Source of the DNA: Vicugna vicugna
Lineage: Eukaryota
Assembly: GCA_013265495.1 (NCBI GenBank)
Contig: MU057944.1
Span: 1 to 64,000, forward strand
Direction: 5' to 3'
DNA: 64,000 nt
Shown: in pieces, positions 22,491-34,840 of the stretch
Layout of the letters: the number at the start of each line of letters is the position of its first letter
Position numbering within the stretch: the stretch's first letter is position 1
Notes under the pieces: model-generated
What the model was told of the DNA's origin: nothing
Databases searched by the model: none
The model's input: the letters and a program-made list of their open reading frames with translations, nothing else
Translations under genes and position numbers: made by a program

Positions 22491-22929
22491 TAGAGTTTGA
22501 TGGGATGGGGTTCCCAAAGGCATTGCTTCAATTTCAGCCTCATTGGCCTGGGCTGTGCAGGAATTGCCTCTCCCCAGGAGCAGAGGGAAGAAGTAATCAT
22601 ACAAAAGTGCTTTCTAAGCCACCTATGGGCCACAGCACAGAGGACGCAGCGCTGCCAGAACCCTGGCTGCCACCACCGTGCAGTCGGTCTTAATGTATTG
22701 ACATTGGCAGCCCCTGTATATCTTGTCATGCCAATAAGGTAATTGAAATGGAATTGTCTCCAAGCATCCAATTAATCAACAAATAAATCATAAACCTGTG
22801 GCCATTCACTCAGAGAGGCAAAGAGGCTTCTCCCTGGCTTCCTGACCACTGGAGTTGATTGAGCTTAGTTAGACTTTAGGTACATCTAATGAGATTGAGG
22901 AGAGAAGGAAGGCGGGGCAGGTGACTTCT

Positions 22930-23185
22930 AGAGCATTTACCGAAGCCCTAGGAACTGTGCTTTCTATATGAGATCTTATTCTTCCCTCGAAGAGGTTTAT
23001 GGACTGAATTTCGTTTACAACAACATCCTTGATTATGATCCCCATTTTACAGAGAAGGGAATCAAGCCCCAGAGAGGTTAAGCAAATTGCCAGAGGTCAC
23101 ACAGCAACTAGAGGGCAGAATCTGTGTTCCAATTTAGGTTTATCTAGCTTTAAGAGCCATATTCTTTTCACTCTGTGCTGTGCCA
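22930..23185 (-). mobile_element. MIR SINE
   Basis: ccccattttacagagaaggga..cccagagaggttaagcaaattgccagaggtcacacagc. Confidence 0.85.
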
Positions 23186-24963
23186 GATATAGATCTAAAT
23201 AAGAAATAGTTTCAATTGTTGAGCCAGGATTATGCAAAGTGAGAAAATACTGCAATGGCTGTCCTCTGCCCCCACTCCTATAGCTCAGCCTAATTTATTA
23301 GGTGCTGATGTCAGAAGTGAACGTGAGAAGGGGGCGCATTCTCTGCTGCATTTTCATTCTTTGGAAGAACAGTCTCATGTTCCTAGGATAACTGATCACC
23401 TCTTAAAAGCCCTTGAGTCTCCAAAACTCTTCTATAAGCCGGAGTGTCCCCTCCTCTTTGGATGGACGGGGAAACTCTCAGACTTGGCTCACAAAGCAAG
23501 GGCTAGAGTCTTCCCCCTTAGGAGGCTTTGAAGACCTTCCCAACCAGGGACCATCTTCACACCTCAATTCCCACTTCTCTTGCTGTTTTTGGAAGTTCAA
23601 ATTAAGTGGGTTAAGGGGTAAACCAGCCAAGCCAAAGCACAGGGCATTCAGAAGAGTCCCCACTTAGCCTCAGAGCAGGTACAGAGCGTGGGACGGATTC
23701 CTGTGCACACTTAAGGAGGATTTGCATCTGCTCTGGGGCCCCTACAAGCAGACAGGAGGCTTATTTTCAGAGGGAGCCTATGGAGTTCTGCTGGAAGAAG
23801 TGTGACCCTGGGCCCTTTTGGTCAAGAGAGGGCAAGGCGGGATGCTGTTTTACGAGTAGTTTGCTGTGAAAATAGGGAAAGAAACCAGCCTTTTCCTGGA
23901 GGAGGCACCGAGACACATCTGCAGCAAGCAGGAGGCCATCCGCCCTGCAGAGCTGAGGTTTGTCGATCAGAATCAAGCTGGGCACTTGGTGAGCTACAGT
24001 GAGTACCCAGCAGCCCCCAGGGGGCAAATCGGTCCCTCCCCAGGGAGCTGTGGCTTCAGAAATCCTTTCAGCTCAGGGAACTAACCAATGGGGTGGTGGG
24101 TCGTGGCACCAAAGATGCTGTTCTGTGCGGGAGAGCTGCGACCCTAGGCACACAGCCCGGCTTCCCAGGCAAGAGACCCCTAAGCTGATGCGCAGAGAAT
24201 TGCTGGGGGTGGAGAGAGGAGGATGAGGGCCCCCTGTCATCTAGAACCATGCAGACGCCTTCAGCGACTTTCCTCCTGTTCCTCTCTCCACAACTGTACA
24301 GGCACGCTTCTCTTCTCTGGGTTATTCCGTCTCCTTGCCAGAAGTCTCCTCCAACCCAATTCTGTGCTACCCGTGGCCTGAAAAAAATATGAATCCATCA
24401 CATCAGTCTACTTCTTTAAAGCCCTGAGTAGCTTGGCCTGAGCGCCGGGGACCTCCCCACCTCGGCTGCCAGCACGCCCGCTTTCGGTGCTGTGGTTCAG
24501 TCCCGCACCAGCTCTTCCTTTGTCTGAGACTGCCTTAGCTCTCCTTCCTGCCAGCCCTCAGAGGAGTGAAAGATTCCACCTTTCCTGGACTCTGGGGGTT
24601 CCAGTTACTAAGTCTAGGACTCATGGAACATTGGGGAGTTCAGTTTTGCCCTTTCCTGGGGAATGACTGGCGCCTCCCTGCATGGTGCCCATGGGGTGGT
24701 GGTCCTGCCCTCTGTTCACAGATCTGGCGGCAGGTGAGGGAGGACTCTGTGGATGATGATCTCCGTGTTAGGGAATTCTTCTCTAAGGGATGTACATTCG
24801 CAAGTGGTTGGAGCAGAATCGTGACCCTCACTTCCTTCTTTAGATTTCTATGGTGGTTCTGTTTGCTAGCTGGGCACTTGTCTTAAGAAGCTGGAGCTCA
24901 CAGTTTATCTGTCCCTACTGTGTTCGGGGCCCATATACAATTGATGCTTGAATTTTTAATCAG

Positions 24964-25158
24964 CAGATGGATGGATGAATAGAAGGGTGGGTGGGTGAAT
25001 GGATGGACAGATTTTTGGATAGGTGGATGGATGATGGATGGGTGGGTGGATGGATGCGTGAATGGATAGATAGATGGGTGGGTGGATGGATGGATGCATG
25101 AATGGATAGATAGATGGGTGGGTGGATGGATGAGAAGATGGGTGGATGGATGGATAGG
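24964..25158. repeat. (GGAT)n/(GGGT)n/(AGAT)n compound simple repeat, probably an expanded L2 tail
   Basis: gatggatggatgaat...gatgggtgggtggatggatg; follows an L2-like 3' end at about 24895-24963. Confidence 0.9.
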
Positions 25159-25159
25159 A

Positions 25160-25270
25160 TTGCTTCTCCCGTTCTGTGAGCTACTCCAGGATGGAGAGCC
25201 TGTCTTGATCACCTTCACCTCTAGCACTCAGGACAGTGCCTAAAGCACATAATTGCTCAATAAAATGTCA
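25160..25270 (+). mobile_element. L2 3' end
   Basis: ctgtgagct..cagg...cctgtctt..ctagcactcaggacagtgcct..cacataattgctcaataaa. Confidence 0.75.
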
Positions 25271-26091
25271 GAGGGAAGGATGCTAGAGGAGGGGTTGGCT
25301 GACAGAACAAGTCACTGCAGTTACCTCAGGCTAGGTAAATCCCATGGGCGTTTGGGGACCTGGCGACCTACAGTGTTTTCTTGGGTTTGTTGCCATGTAG
25401 GGTTCTAACAATTCTGGAACCTTCTGTTGTGTCTTCTGGAGGGGCATGTCCAACAGAATCTCCCACAGGTTTAGAGAATTGAGCCAGCAACAATCTACAT
25501 GGTAAAAGGGCAGGGTAATTTTTTAGAGTTTTGCTATTTGTGAACCTGTGGGGTTTTGTTTTCCCTTAAAAGATGCCGAGCTACTCTCGGAACTTCCATG
25601 AAGAGGGAGCCGGTGGGCACCGCCCCCCAGAGTTCAGCCTCCTGGCCAGTAGCTTCCTGTTCTTCACTCAAGGTCCGCTTTCCAGAATGGCCCTTTGAGA
25701 CAAAAACTCTTTCAAGGCAAATCAAACAAAAGCACACCTGGACAAAATGCCTCCAGTTGGATGGCATGTTTTATGAGAAACTGATGAGCAGCCCTGAGAT
25801 AGATTTAAATCTTGCTCTTTGAGCCAGAGCCCAGACAGCGCCTTTCTGTGAACTAACCCAGTGTTGCCTCTCGACTGTGTGTGTGTTTGGGGTTCTGTTT
25901 GTTCTCTTTTGTTTTTAGGCTTTTCCTTGTAGGAAGGCACACTTACCTTCTTGATGCTGTGAGATAACAATGAGGGAAAACAAAACCATCCCGGAGCAGA
26001 TGCCTCACACTTGGAAGGAACCCAGTTCAGGCAGCAGTTCCCTCCAAGGTTCAAAGAGCAGGATAAACAAAAGGACAAACCCATCAGCAGG

Positions 26092-26335
26092 ATTCTTTCC
26101 CACCACTGAAACGTCAGCCCCAAGAAGGCAGGGACCTTGCCTGTCTTGTCCACTGCCTATCCTCAGCATCTAGAACAGCTCCTGCCACGTAGAAGATGCT
26201 GAATGAATATTTGTGAACACGCGGCCAGGTTACAGGCTCTGGGATGGCAAGGACCACGTTCATGCCCGTTTTAGTCATTGGTGTGTTCCCGCCGCCTAGC
26301 ACAATAGCTGTCACAGAACAGAAGCTCATTCATTC
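26092..26335 (+). mobile_element. Two tandem L2 3' ends
   Basis: aaggcagggaccttgcctgtcttgtccactgc..cagcatctagaacag..tgaatatttg, then ggcaaggaccac..gcctagcacaat. Confidence 0.8.
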
Positions 26336-27774
26336 ACTGAGCAACTACCCTGTGCCAGGGATTACTCAGGGCCCTGGATGAGCATTTGTTGAATTAATTC
26401 GTGCATTCAAGCACGCATGATTGAACGGACAAAGGAACAAACGAATGAAAAAAAATTGAGCGGATCCATCCACCAGCCAATAACCAATTTCATGTCCCTT
26501 TGTTCTGGTTCTGGAACCACACGCCTTGAGCCTTCTCTCCCTGTACTTTTCCTCCCTTGCTTTGCCCTTCCTGATGAACCTTCCCCATCTCTGGCCACCC
26601 AAACCCCCATTAAGTGTCAGCCCAAGTGACAGTTCTCTGAATCACCCCGTCCGGTGAGAAGTGAACTCTCCTGCTTTTGAATTGCTCTGTCACTTTTTAT
26701 CTCGGCCGTTGCGTGCAGTTCAAAAGCTGTTTGCTGAGCCCCCTCCTGCAAGCGGCCACGGGGGGCGGGAGCCAGGGATGCGTGGATGGCAAAGAGCTGG
26801 CCTCCACCCTGGGTATCAATGGTGTCCGGCGTGAGTCCTGCCCGCCTGCCCAGATCGCAGAAGCACCCATGGTTCCGAGACAGAGGTACCCGTCTTTGTA
26901 ACTGCACAGAGCACCTAGCGCTGAGTCTGGCCTCACAGATGCCCCCGTGCTCACTCGGGGAACGGACGTGGGAGATGTGCAGCCTTTGAGAGCTTCGCTT
27001 TGGTGGATTGAAATGTGGGAGGAGGCAGAGCAAGCTGCCCTGTGGCTGGGCAAGAGTGGTGCTCCTCAGGCGGGGACTCAGAGGACACTGGGACTGGAGG
27101 CAGGAGCTGGGGGCCAGGGTCAGACGGACCTAAGTTACCTCCACGAGTAGGTGTGCTCCCGGTGATAGCAGGGCACTGCAGTGGTGAGAGTGAGGACTTC
27201 TTCAGTAGCAGCCAGACACTTTCTAAGCTTGCTTAACCGAAATGACGCAGAACAGAACCTTCATTAGTTCCCAGACCCGAGACTAGTGTCAGCGGTCTCT
27301 GTCCTCAGCTCCTGCTCCTGCTGCTGTTCGGGCTGCTTTGGTTTTATGCACACTGTCCTCTGGGGTCCTCTCTACGCTTTGCTGCCCCTGGCTTTCTGGA
27401 ACCGGCTTAGCATCAGTGGTGGGGAGAGGCACCCACTTTCCCAGGAGATCCAGCAAGAGTCCTAGGGGTGATCCCAGGTCCCTGTGGCTTCCGAGGTTGA
27501 AGTATGCTGGCCTGGGTCAGGTGCCCAGGCACGGGACAAAGGGTGGGGCCAATCTTAACCCAACTCCAGGGACTAAGGGTGGGGTCAGGGTGGTGCCCTG
27601 AAGCAAAAGCAAGGTGTTGGTACTGGAAGGAGTAGAAAATGAAGCTGGATGCCCAAAAACCACTCCTGGTCACTGTGCAGGGTTATCAAAAGAAGCAAAT
27701 AAGTTGACCTGAGCACCCTCACCCAGGGCCCCAGGGCCTGCTTAAAATGGAGAGGTTGTCATGTGGTTTACGGG

Positions 27775-27912
27775 GCAGACACTTCTGGTCCTGCTGTGTG
27801 ACCTCAGGCAAGTCCCTTCTGCTCTCTGGCCTCTGTTTCCTCGTCCATAGAACCCGGGGATTGCAGGAAGTCATCTGATACGGTTTCTCCAAGCCTAAGA
27901 ACTGATGACTCT
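27775..27912 (+). mobile_element. MIR3-like SINE
   Basis: gctgtgtgacctcaggcaagtcccttctgctctctggcctctgtttcctcgtc. Confidence 0.8.
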
Positions 27913-28059
27913 CTGTTTCCATAGCTGCAAAAATGGAGCTGCTCTCAGTGGGCGTTGCCATGGCCCTGACCTTTGCCCTAACCGGTTCCTGATGTCTGGG
28001 CAGCATCACCTGGCCATTTTCACCATTAATACCAACAGGAGCAGTAGTAGCTGTGGCCA

Positions 28060-28260
28060 CTGCCGTGCTTTATGTGGCATTTGTGTGCTGGCCAAGGGCC
28101 ACATTCAGTATTAGTTAGTGTTGATCACAACCCAGTAAGGTTGGAACTGTTAGCCCCATTTTATAGATAAGGAAACTGAGGCCCACAGTAATTAGTTCAT
28201 GAGTAAACAGCTAGAAGGTTTTTCACAGTGGCCACGACCACATAAGCCAAGCAGTGGAAC
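28060..28260 (-). mobile_element. MIR SINE
   Basis: cacaacccagtaagg..ccccattttatagataaggaaactgaggccca. Confidence 0.8.
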
Positions 28261-29489
28261 ATCACCAGCACCCAGAGGCACCCGCGGCCCCTCCCCATCA
28301 CTGCCTGTCCCCAAGGTGGCCCCGTCCTGACTTCTGGCACCAGTGGAGCTGTGACTGCCCAGGTGGTCTGGTCCAGGACCACTCACAGGCACCGTTACGT
28401 CATCACAGACCAATTGCATAGTTCAGGTCTTGGGAGATGACGCAGAGGAAAGGAAGTCTTGATGGGACAATCGGATCCCCTCGTGACCTAACCAGAGACT
28501 TTGGCCAAAACTCAGACAGAGCCTGATGCGGCCAGCGCCCTGTAGACCCCGGCGCGCCCATTGCCAGGACCCGCCTGGCAGCCATGTGGAATTCCATCTT
28601 GGAAGAAGAAAACCACATTCTTCCTTTAACAAAAGGGCTTCTCCACCACTGTCTTTGCATGATAAGCAGCTCAAAATAGATAGGAATGATCGCACCATAA
28701 GGGAAATAAAGAATCCCCCAGAACAATAGCCCAGCTTTTTTTCCCTCTGCTGGTAGCAAAGCCAAGAGAAATTAGCGCTAGGAGAGTTGGGGGAGTGATG
28801 GCTGCGCCAACAACACTAATTAACAGTTACTAATAGTCATAATAAAACCGAAAGGAGGCTGTTTTCATCTCACCGGTGAGTGACTTGGGAAGGCACCGGG
28901 CCTACTGCCTTTTGGGGTCAAAAACTTGGAGCCGGCTCATTTCTCTAATGTCATTAGGTTGGGTGGGGGAAAACAGTGGTTAAATGCAGCAGAGGGGGCG
29001 GTCCTAGTCGGCACCAGAATCGGTGCCACTGATAATGAGGTCAGCAGCTCATCCGGCGGAGTTTCATTTAGACAAATCTTGTCTTAGACACTATTTTCTT
29101 GGCTGCTGTTGCCACTGTCTGCATTTGGCGCAGTTTGCCTCTGCGATGGGGGCAGACCGTGTTCATTTGTCACCATTTGGTCTCCAAGAGCCAGCTCTGT
29201 GCAAACCCCCTGCGGGGCCCCAGGCACGGTGAGGGAGGTCCCTGGGGACGTCAGCCATCTCTGCCCTGGTGGGTTAGAGTCCAGCAGAAATAAAGTATGA
29301 CCCGAGGTGGCTGTGAAGGAAGAATCTTATTTCAGTTGTGCAGTGTGATTGGTCTTGAACTCTAGCTGACTTGGTTTGCCATTCGCACACTGTGGATTTG
29401 TGACTTTGCACAAGTTGATTCCTTTCTTGCTGGAGGGATGTGGATGGTGGCAGGGGTGGGGAGGGTTGTACACTTCTTTCTTCTATAAT

Positions 29490-29790
29490 CGCTTTGTGCC
29501 TCAGTTACCTCATCTGTAAAATGGGGATAATAATTGGCCCACCTCATGTGGTTGTTGAGGGGGGATAACTGTAAGTCACGTATAAGTGGCTGGACTATAG
29601 TGAATATTCCCTAGCTGTTAGCTCATATTCACTCTGTTGAGGTTGGTGCCTCAGCCTCCACCGCTTCCTCTACAAAATGGGGCTCATATTAGTTTATGTT
29701 TCCAAGGTCGTTGTCTAGGCTGATGGGGCCAGTGCATGTAAAGCTCTTGTCACGGGCCTGGTACGTAGTGACCGCTCAGTTAGCTTCAGT
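29490..29790 (+). mobile_element. Two tandem MIR fragments
   Basis: tgtgcctcagttacctcatctgtaaaatggggataataa, and gcctcag..tacaaaatgggg..gcatgtaaagc..gcctggtacgtagt. Confidence 0.8.
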
Positions 29791-30764
29791 CGTGTGGTCC
29801 ACCCCCCCCCCCCAGGATTGCTGATACTGCCTCCAGGGTCTCTGGACAAGCAGATGTTTATCCTTAGCTCAAAGGGTTGGGATGATGTCCAATCTCTGAG
29901 TCATCACTTCTGTGGAGAAAGCTTTGCAAGCATCAAAAGGGTCTCCTGAACTCAGTAGGAAAAGAACACAGATTAGTCAAAAGGTCCCCATTGTATTCTC
30001 TCCTCTGTCTCCAATTTTCTGTTTGACCAACAGGCAAGTCGCTCCAACTTCTGAGCCTCAGTTTCCTGCTGTTAAAGGACTCTCTCAAGGGTGATAAATA
30101 AACATGGCCCACAAGCCATCACTCCCCAAGGCAGATATTACTAATTGATCCCAGCACTCTGTCCACCGAGACCAGTCTTAGCCTCAGAGTCCTTCTCAAC
30201 ACAGTGCTGCAGGCAGCCGCTGACAAGCCACTGCAATTGGTTAATGAGTTGAAACTTATTTGGCGTTCTAAGTGGAAATTCCAATTCCATTAATAAGCTC
30301 TTCTCCGGCACCACCGTAAACATGGGCAGACATGCTGAGATTTCTTTGAAAAACGTCTCATCACGTATAGGCAGTGAATGTTTCCACTAGGCCAGGTGCC
30401 TGGGAACATTCTCGATGGAGGAAGAAGTGCTCTCGAGCCACTCTTACACCTCCTCCAGGAGAGGGCTTGGCTTGGTGCAAGGAGGCAAACTCGATCCAAG
30501 GCGTTAGTCATGAGGGGAAACGGCAGACCGATCAGAAGAGGCAGATACCCCGGTGCAGCCTGGGTCTTCAGGCTCCCCCGTGGTCAGTGGAGAGGGTCAG
30601 GCTGCAGGGGAGGGATCCGGTGGAGAGGCGGGAGTACTTCCCCTCACGGTGGTTTTTCTGGGAAGGGCCTGCAAACGGAGGTCACCAGCCCCCTCTTCGT
30701 CTTGAAGGCTAAGGGACAAGCTCCATCTTCTCCACTTCCTGTCCTGAGAGCTTCGGACAGTCCT

Positions 30765-31082
30765 AAGGGACCATACCTGTGATAAAATGGCACAAAACAT
30801 ACCTGCCACCAAAAAATTTTTTTAAAAAGAAAGAAGGAAAGGGAAGGGAAGGATTGGGAAGGATTGGGAAGGGAAGGGAAGGGAAGGGAAAGGAAGGAAA
30901 AGAGTGTGTGTAAAACCTGGTGAAATCTGAGACATCGTGCCAATGTCAGTTTCCTGGTTTTGATATTGTACTGTGGTTATGAAGATGGGACAAATTTTAT
31001 TATGATACAGGGGACCTCTATGCACTGTTTTTGCTCCTTTGTATGACTATGTGGCAATTTCATAATAAAAGGGTTTTTTAAA
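30765..31082 (+). mobile_element. Old L1 (L1MC-like) 3' end
   Basis: aaaacctggtgaaatctga..ccaatgtcagtttcctggttttgatattgtactgtggttatgaagatg..gggacctctatgcact. Confidence 0.8.
30825..30902. repeat. (GGGAA)n polypurine repeat inside the L1
   Basis: gggaagggaaggattgggaaggattgggaagggaagggaagggaaggg. Confidence 0.92.
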
Positions 31083-32199
31083 TGAGATCTTTGAAAATGC
31101 ATCAAACAGCCTTAAGACTGTACTTGTGGCCACAGACATCGAGGAGTCTGCCGGTTCCCAGGAGTTCAGGGTGTTGTTAAAGGAAAGCCGTCACAGGCTT
31201 CTGCATGGCCAGCACAAGAGGCTGAGTATCTCATGCCATCTTTTAGGCCCGCTGTTCACCTGCATTCACAAGGGAAACAAAGTCCTAAATGCTTCACTTT
31301 CCAGATGTGAACACTGAGGCCTCAGCCAGACCAACCCCGTGTACCTGGAAAAGCCCATCACTGGGCATATTTTTCTTTTCCAACTCATAATCTGGGATGC
31401 TCAGTGGCTTTCTCTTCTAAAAACAATTGCTTCTTTGATTTCTGTATGTTAGATTTCTTTCCTTTAAAAGAAAAAGAAAAAAAATTCAAAACCCGTTTAT
31501 CTTCCATTCCCTCTGCACGGCCTGAAGGAGCCCAAGGCTGGGAAGGACTGATTAATTCAAAGACTTGTTAATTACTCCTGTATTCAGGAACCTCTAAACC
31601 TCGTCTAATCTCCTGAAGGTGGCTTACGTCTGAGCCCGAGCTGCTGGGTCAGGGGGGCAGCTGGGCGTCTGCACTTCAGAAAACACAGGATTTGAGAGAT
31701 TTTTGTCAGCAGGGTTCTCACGTCATGAGACTATCACTGGAAATAAGCAACAGAGTCTCTCGGGTTAATGGCCAGGCCCAGCCTAACCCCTGAGGTACCA
31801 TTTTTGTCCCCAGGCACGATCATGGTTAGGGCTTGAATGCCACATAAGGAGCTCATAATGCGATCCAGACTCCAGCCTCTTCCCTTCAAAGAGGAGACGG
31901 TGATGCTTTGTGTGTTTGCTTGCTGGTTTGGAATTTTTTTCTAATAGCTTTATTGCCTAGAGGAGATGATACATGCTGCTCACTGTAAGTTAACTCAATT
32001 CCACCACCCTGCTGTGGTTACAGGTAACCCCTAGGTCTTTCTAGACCTTTAGACACATGTGGATGTTGTGTGTACGTATGGCTTTAATGCACACGTGCGT
32101 GCTGTTCTGAAAACTCCCTTTGTCATTTGCCTTTAGTGACATGACAGTTCTTATCTTCATTATTACTGAATTCTAACCTTTTAATTTCACCATCACCTA

Positions 32200-32430
32200 A
32201 TTTATTGCTGGCACACGTGTAACACTCAGTGCTAGGCACTCTTCCCAGACCTTAATCCGATTATCAACTTTAGTTTTCATAGCATCGCTATAAAATGGAC
32301 ACTGTTACTGTCTGCATTTTATAGCAGAGAATACTGAGACGGGGGGAAGGTGTGAGACACATCCAGGGCAGGGACCTGAATCCAGCAGCCTCCTGCGTAG
32401 TCTGTGCTCTTAACTGCTGGGCTGCCCTGC
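32200..32430 (-). mobile_element. MIR SINE
   Basis: gtgctaggcact...cattttatag..gagaatactgag...gggacctgaatccag. Confidence 0.65.
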
Positions 32431-34019
32431 TGCTCAGTCCTGAATCCAGGGATCACTGAACTCATCTGGCTTCGGGATGGCAAAAGCTTGACACGCAGAA
32501 CACCATGCCTCATTCTTGTTTCCATGGCAGACATCACTAATTGATCACAGCTCCTTTCTTCCTGAGGATCCCAGGCTGGCATAGGAATCCTTCTTGATAC
32601 ACCATCATGGCAGCCACTGCCAGGCCACTGGGATAGGTTTGTGAGATGCTGCCGTGTGCTTTCCCTGAGCCATCTCTAAAGCAGCTCTCTCCTTTCGTGA
32701 ATAAGAAATCAGGCCCAGAAGAGGAATTGGCTTATCTGGGTGACGAGCAAGGCCAAAACTGGCACTCACTCTCTTTCCACCCTATGCCACTGTTTCCCCA
32801 AATCTCACAAAATCAATAGTGGCTACCTTTGGGGACACATCTGCAACAGAGATTTGTTGCCGCCTCACTGTGCACGTAGACAGCTCGGAGTCAACTAGAG
32901 AGAATGGGCCACCATGGATCATTTTATCACGATGCACTTTACAGAAGACGCCGCCAAGCAGTGCATTAGTGATATCAATACTTTTCATTTATACAGTGGC
33001 CGCGGCTCAGAGGCCAGCAAACCTTGGTTAATGTCAATTGCCAAGAGTTTTCCGAGAGTGCCCAAGATTGGAGGGCATGGAGGGCGATCCAGGAAGCATG
33101 CCTTCGAGGAGTCTCTTCACTTGCTCAGCAAACATGTATGAAGCACGTCCTGTTTATGTGCAGAAACTAGGTTCACAGATAAGACCAGACTGTATTGGCA
33201 GGGATCTGTTTAAAGAGGACACTTTCTTTCCATCCCTAGTTTGGTTTCAGCTGAGAATTAAAGTCACAGGAGGAAGACAAATGGAGATCACAGTCATTAC
33301 CAACAGAGATGATTGACTGGGAAACCAGACTTGGGTTTTGGCCATCTCTCCACCCCAGTGGCAGGCTGTGCTGAGAGTCTGCAACCTCCACCCAGGGTCT
33401 TTCCCAGTCCTTAACTCTGGCAGAAAACACACCAGAATGCATATGTCCTGTGGACAGACACGTTCTGGGCAGGCCCTTTTCTTTCTCCCAAACTTACCAG
33501 CCAGACAGGAGCAAGTGAAGGGGCAGACGGGGCCCCACGTGTGGGTACCTGGGGCTCCCTCCACAAGGACACTTGACCAGAACTTGGGGACTCCCCTCTA
33601 ACCAGTCTATGATAAATTGGCACAGGCCCTGGGGACTCAGAGAGGGACATGGATGTGCGTGTCAGTCACAGGGAGGAGTTCTGGGTGCAGGACCCCTGAC
33701 CTGGACCTGACAGTCGAGGAGGGTTGGGGTGAACAGGATGCAGGACCAGCATGCTGGGCTTGGATGTAGACAAGGAAGGATAATGATTTATGTGGGATAT
33801 GGTGAGGAGGCCAGTGGAGGGATCGTGTTGGGCATGATCAGATGTAAAACACAGCCTTTCAAACCTGGTGAACTGAGCAGGTCTACAAAATTCAAGCTCC
33901 TGAATCCAGATTTTCGTATGATAAATTCATGTTGGTGGATGAAGTCTGTGGCTGAAGTTCACACCTCATGACGTGTGAGAAATGCTCTCATGCAGGGAGG
34001 GGGAAATGTGTGTTCTGGG

Positions 34020-34215
34020 AAAGGGAAGGGGCTTTGAAGCCAGGTAGATGTTCTTTCAAATCCCATCTCCACTGCCTGCCGGCTGTGTGACCTTGTACAG
34101 ATTACATAACCTCTCTGAACTTCTGCTCCTACTCCCATGTATGAAATGGGAACCATAACATGGATTTCCTTAGTTGAAAAAATTAAGTGAATCAAGGCTT
34201 GCAAAATTCCGTTGC
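34020..34215 (+). mobile_element. MIR SINE
   Basis: ttcaaatccca.ctccac..gctgtgtgaccttgtacagattacataacctctctgaac. Confidence 0.85.
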
Positions 34216-34744
34216 TGTGCTTGTCCCTAAATTTCCTTTCACCTCCCCCACCCCTCACCCCTCCATTTTGATATCAGATACAATCCTAACCCCAGATGAG
34301 AAAAAATCCTGAGAGCTTTTCTGTTAAAAACACAAAACACATTTTAAAAGTCAACCTGTATGTTACATTGTTGTAGATTATTTTTTTTAAACGAAGGAGA
34401 GGGGAAAAAGCACTCCTGGGAGGGTATGAGCTCCAGAAGTAACTAACATTCATTAGGAGGGAGGTTTCGGAGCAGATTCCCTCGTGTTGCAGGAGATGAA
34501 ATGGGATTCAGACTCCAGATCTGCATGATCACGGGGGGGGATGCAGAGTGCGGGCAGCCCCGCCCTGGCCTGGGCGCCCTCTGTGCCCATGCTCCGCCAG
34601 GTCCCCCTGCAGTGGTGCTTTAATGATCACCCACGTGGCATTTAGCTTCCGATCAAGAGTGGCGAGGAAAGCACTGGCCAAGTGGGGTGAATATTCTGGC
34701 GACGTTGCCCACTTAGGAGGAACCCCGGCGGATTAGTGGGCACA

Positions 34745-34840
34745 CAGAGGAGAATCCTCACCAGACCCCAGACCTGCTCACACCCCGATCTCAGACTTCC
34801 AGCCTCCAGAACAGTGAGAAATAAATGCCTATGGTTTAAA
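34745..34840 (+). mobile_element. MLT1A/B-like LTR 3' fragment
   Basis: gatctcagacttccagcctccagaacagtgagaaataaat. Confidence 0.8.

Noticed and set aside
24898..25227. His/Pro-rich 109-aa ORF
   Set aside because: Translation of the (CCAT)n simple repeat.
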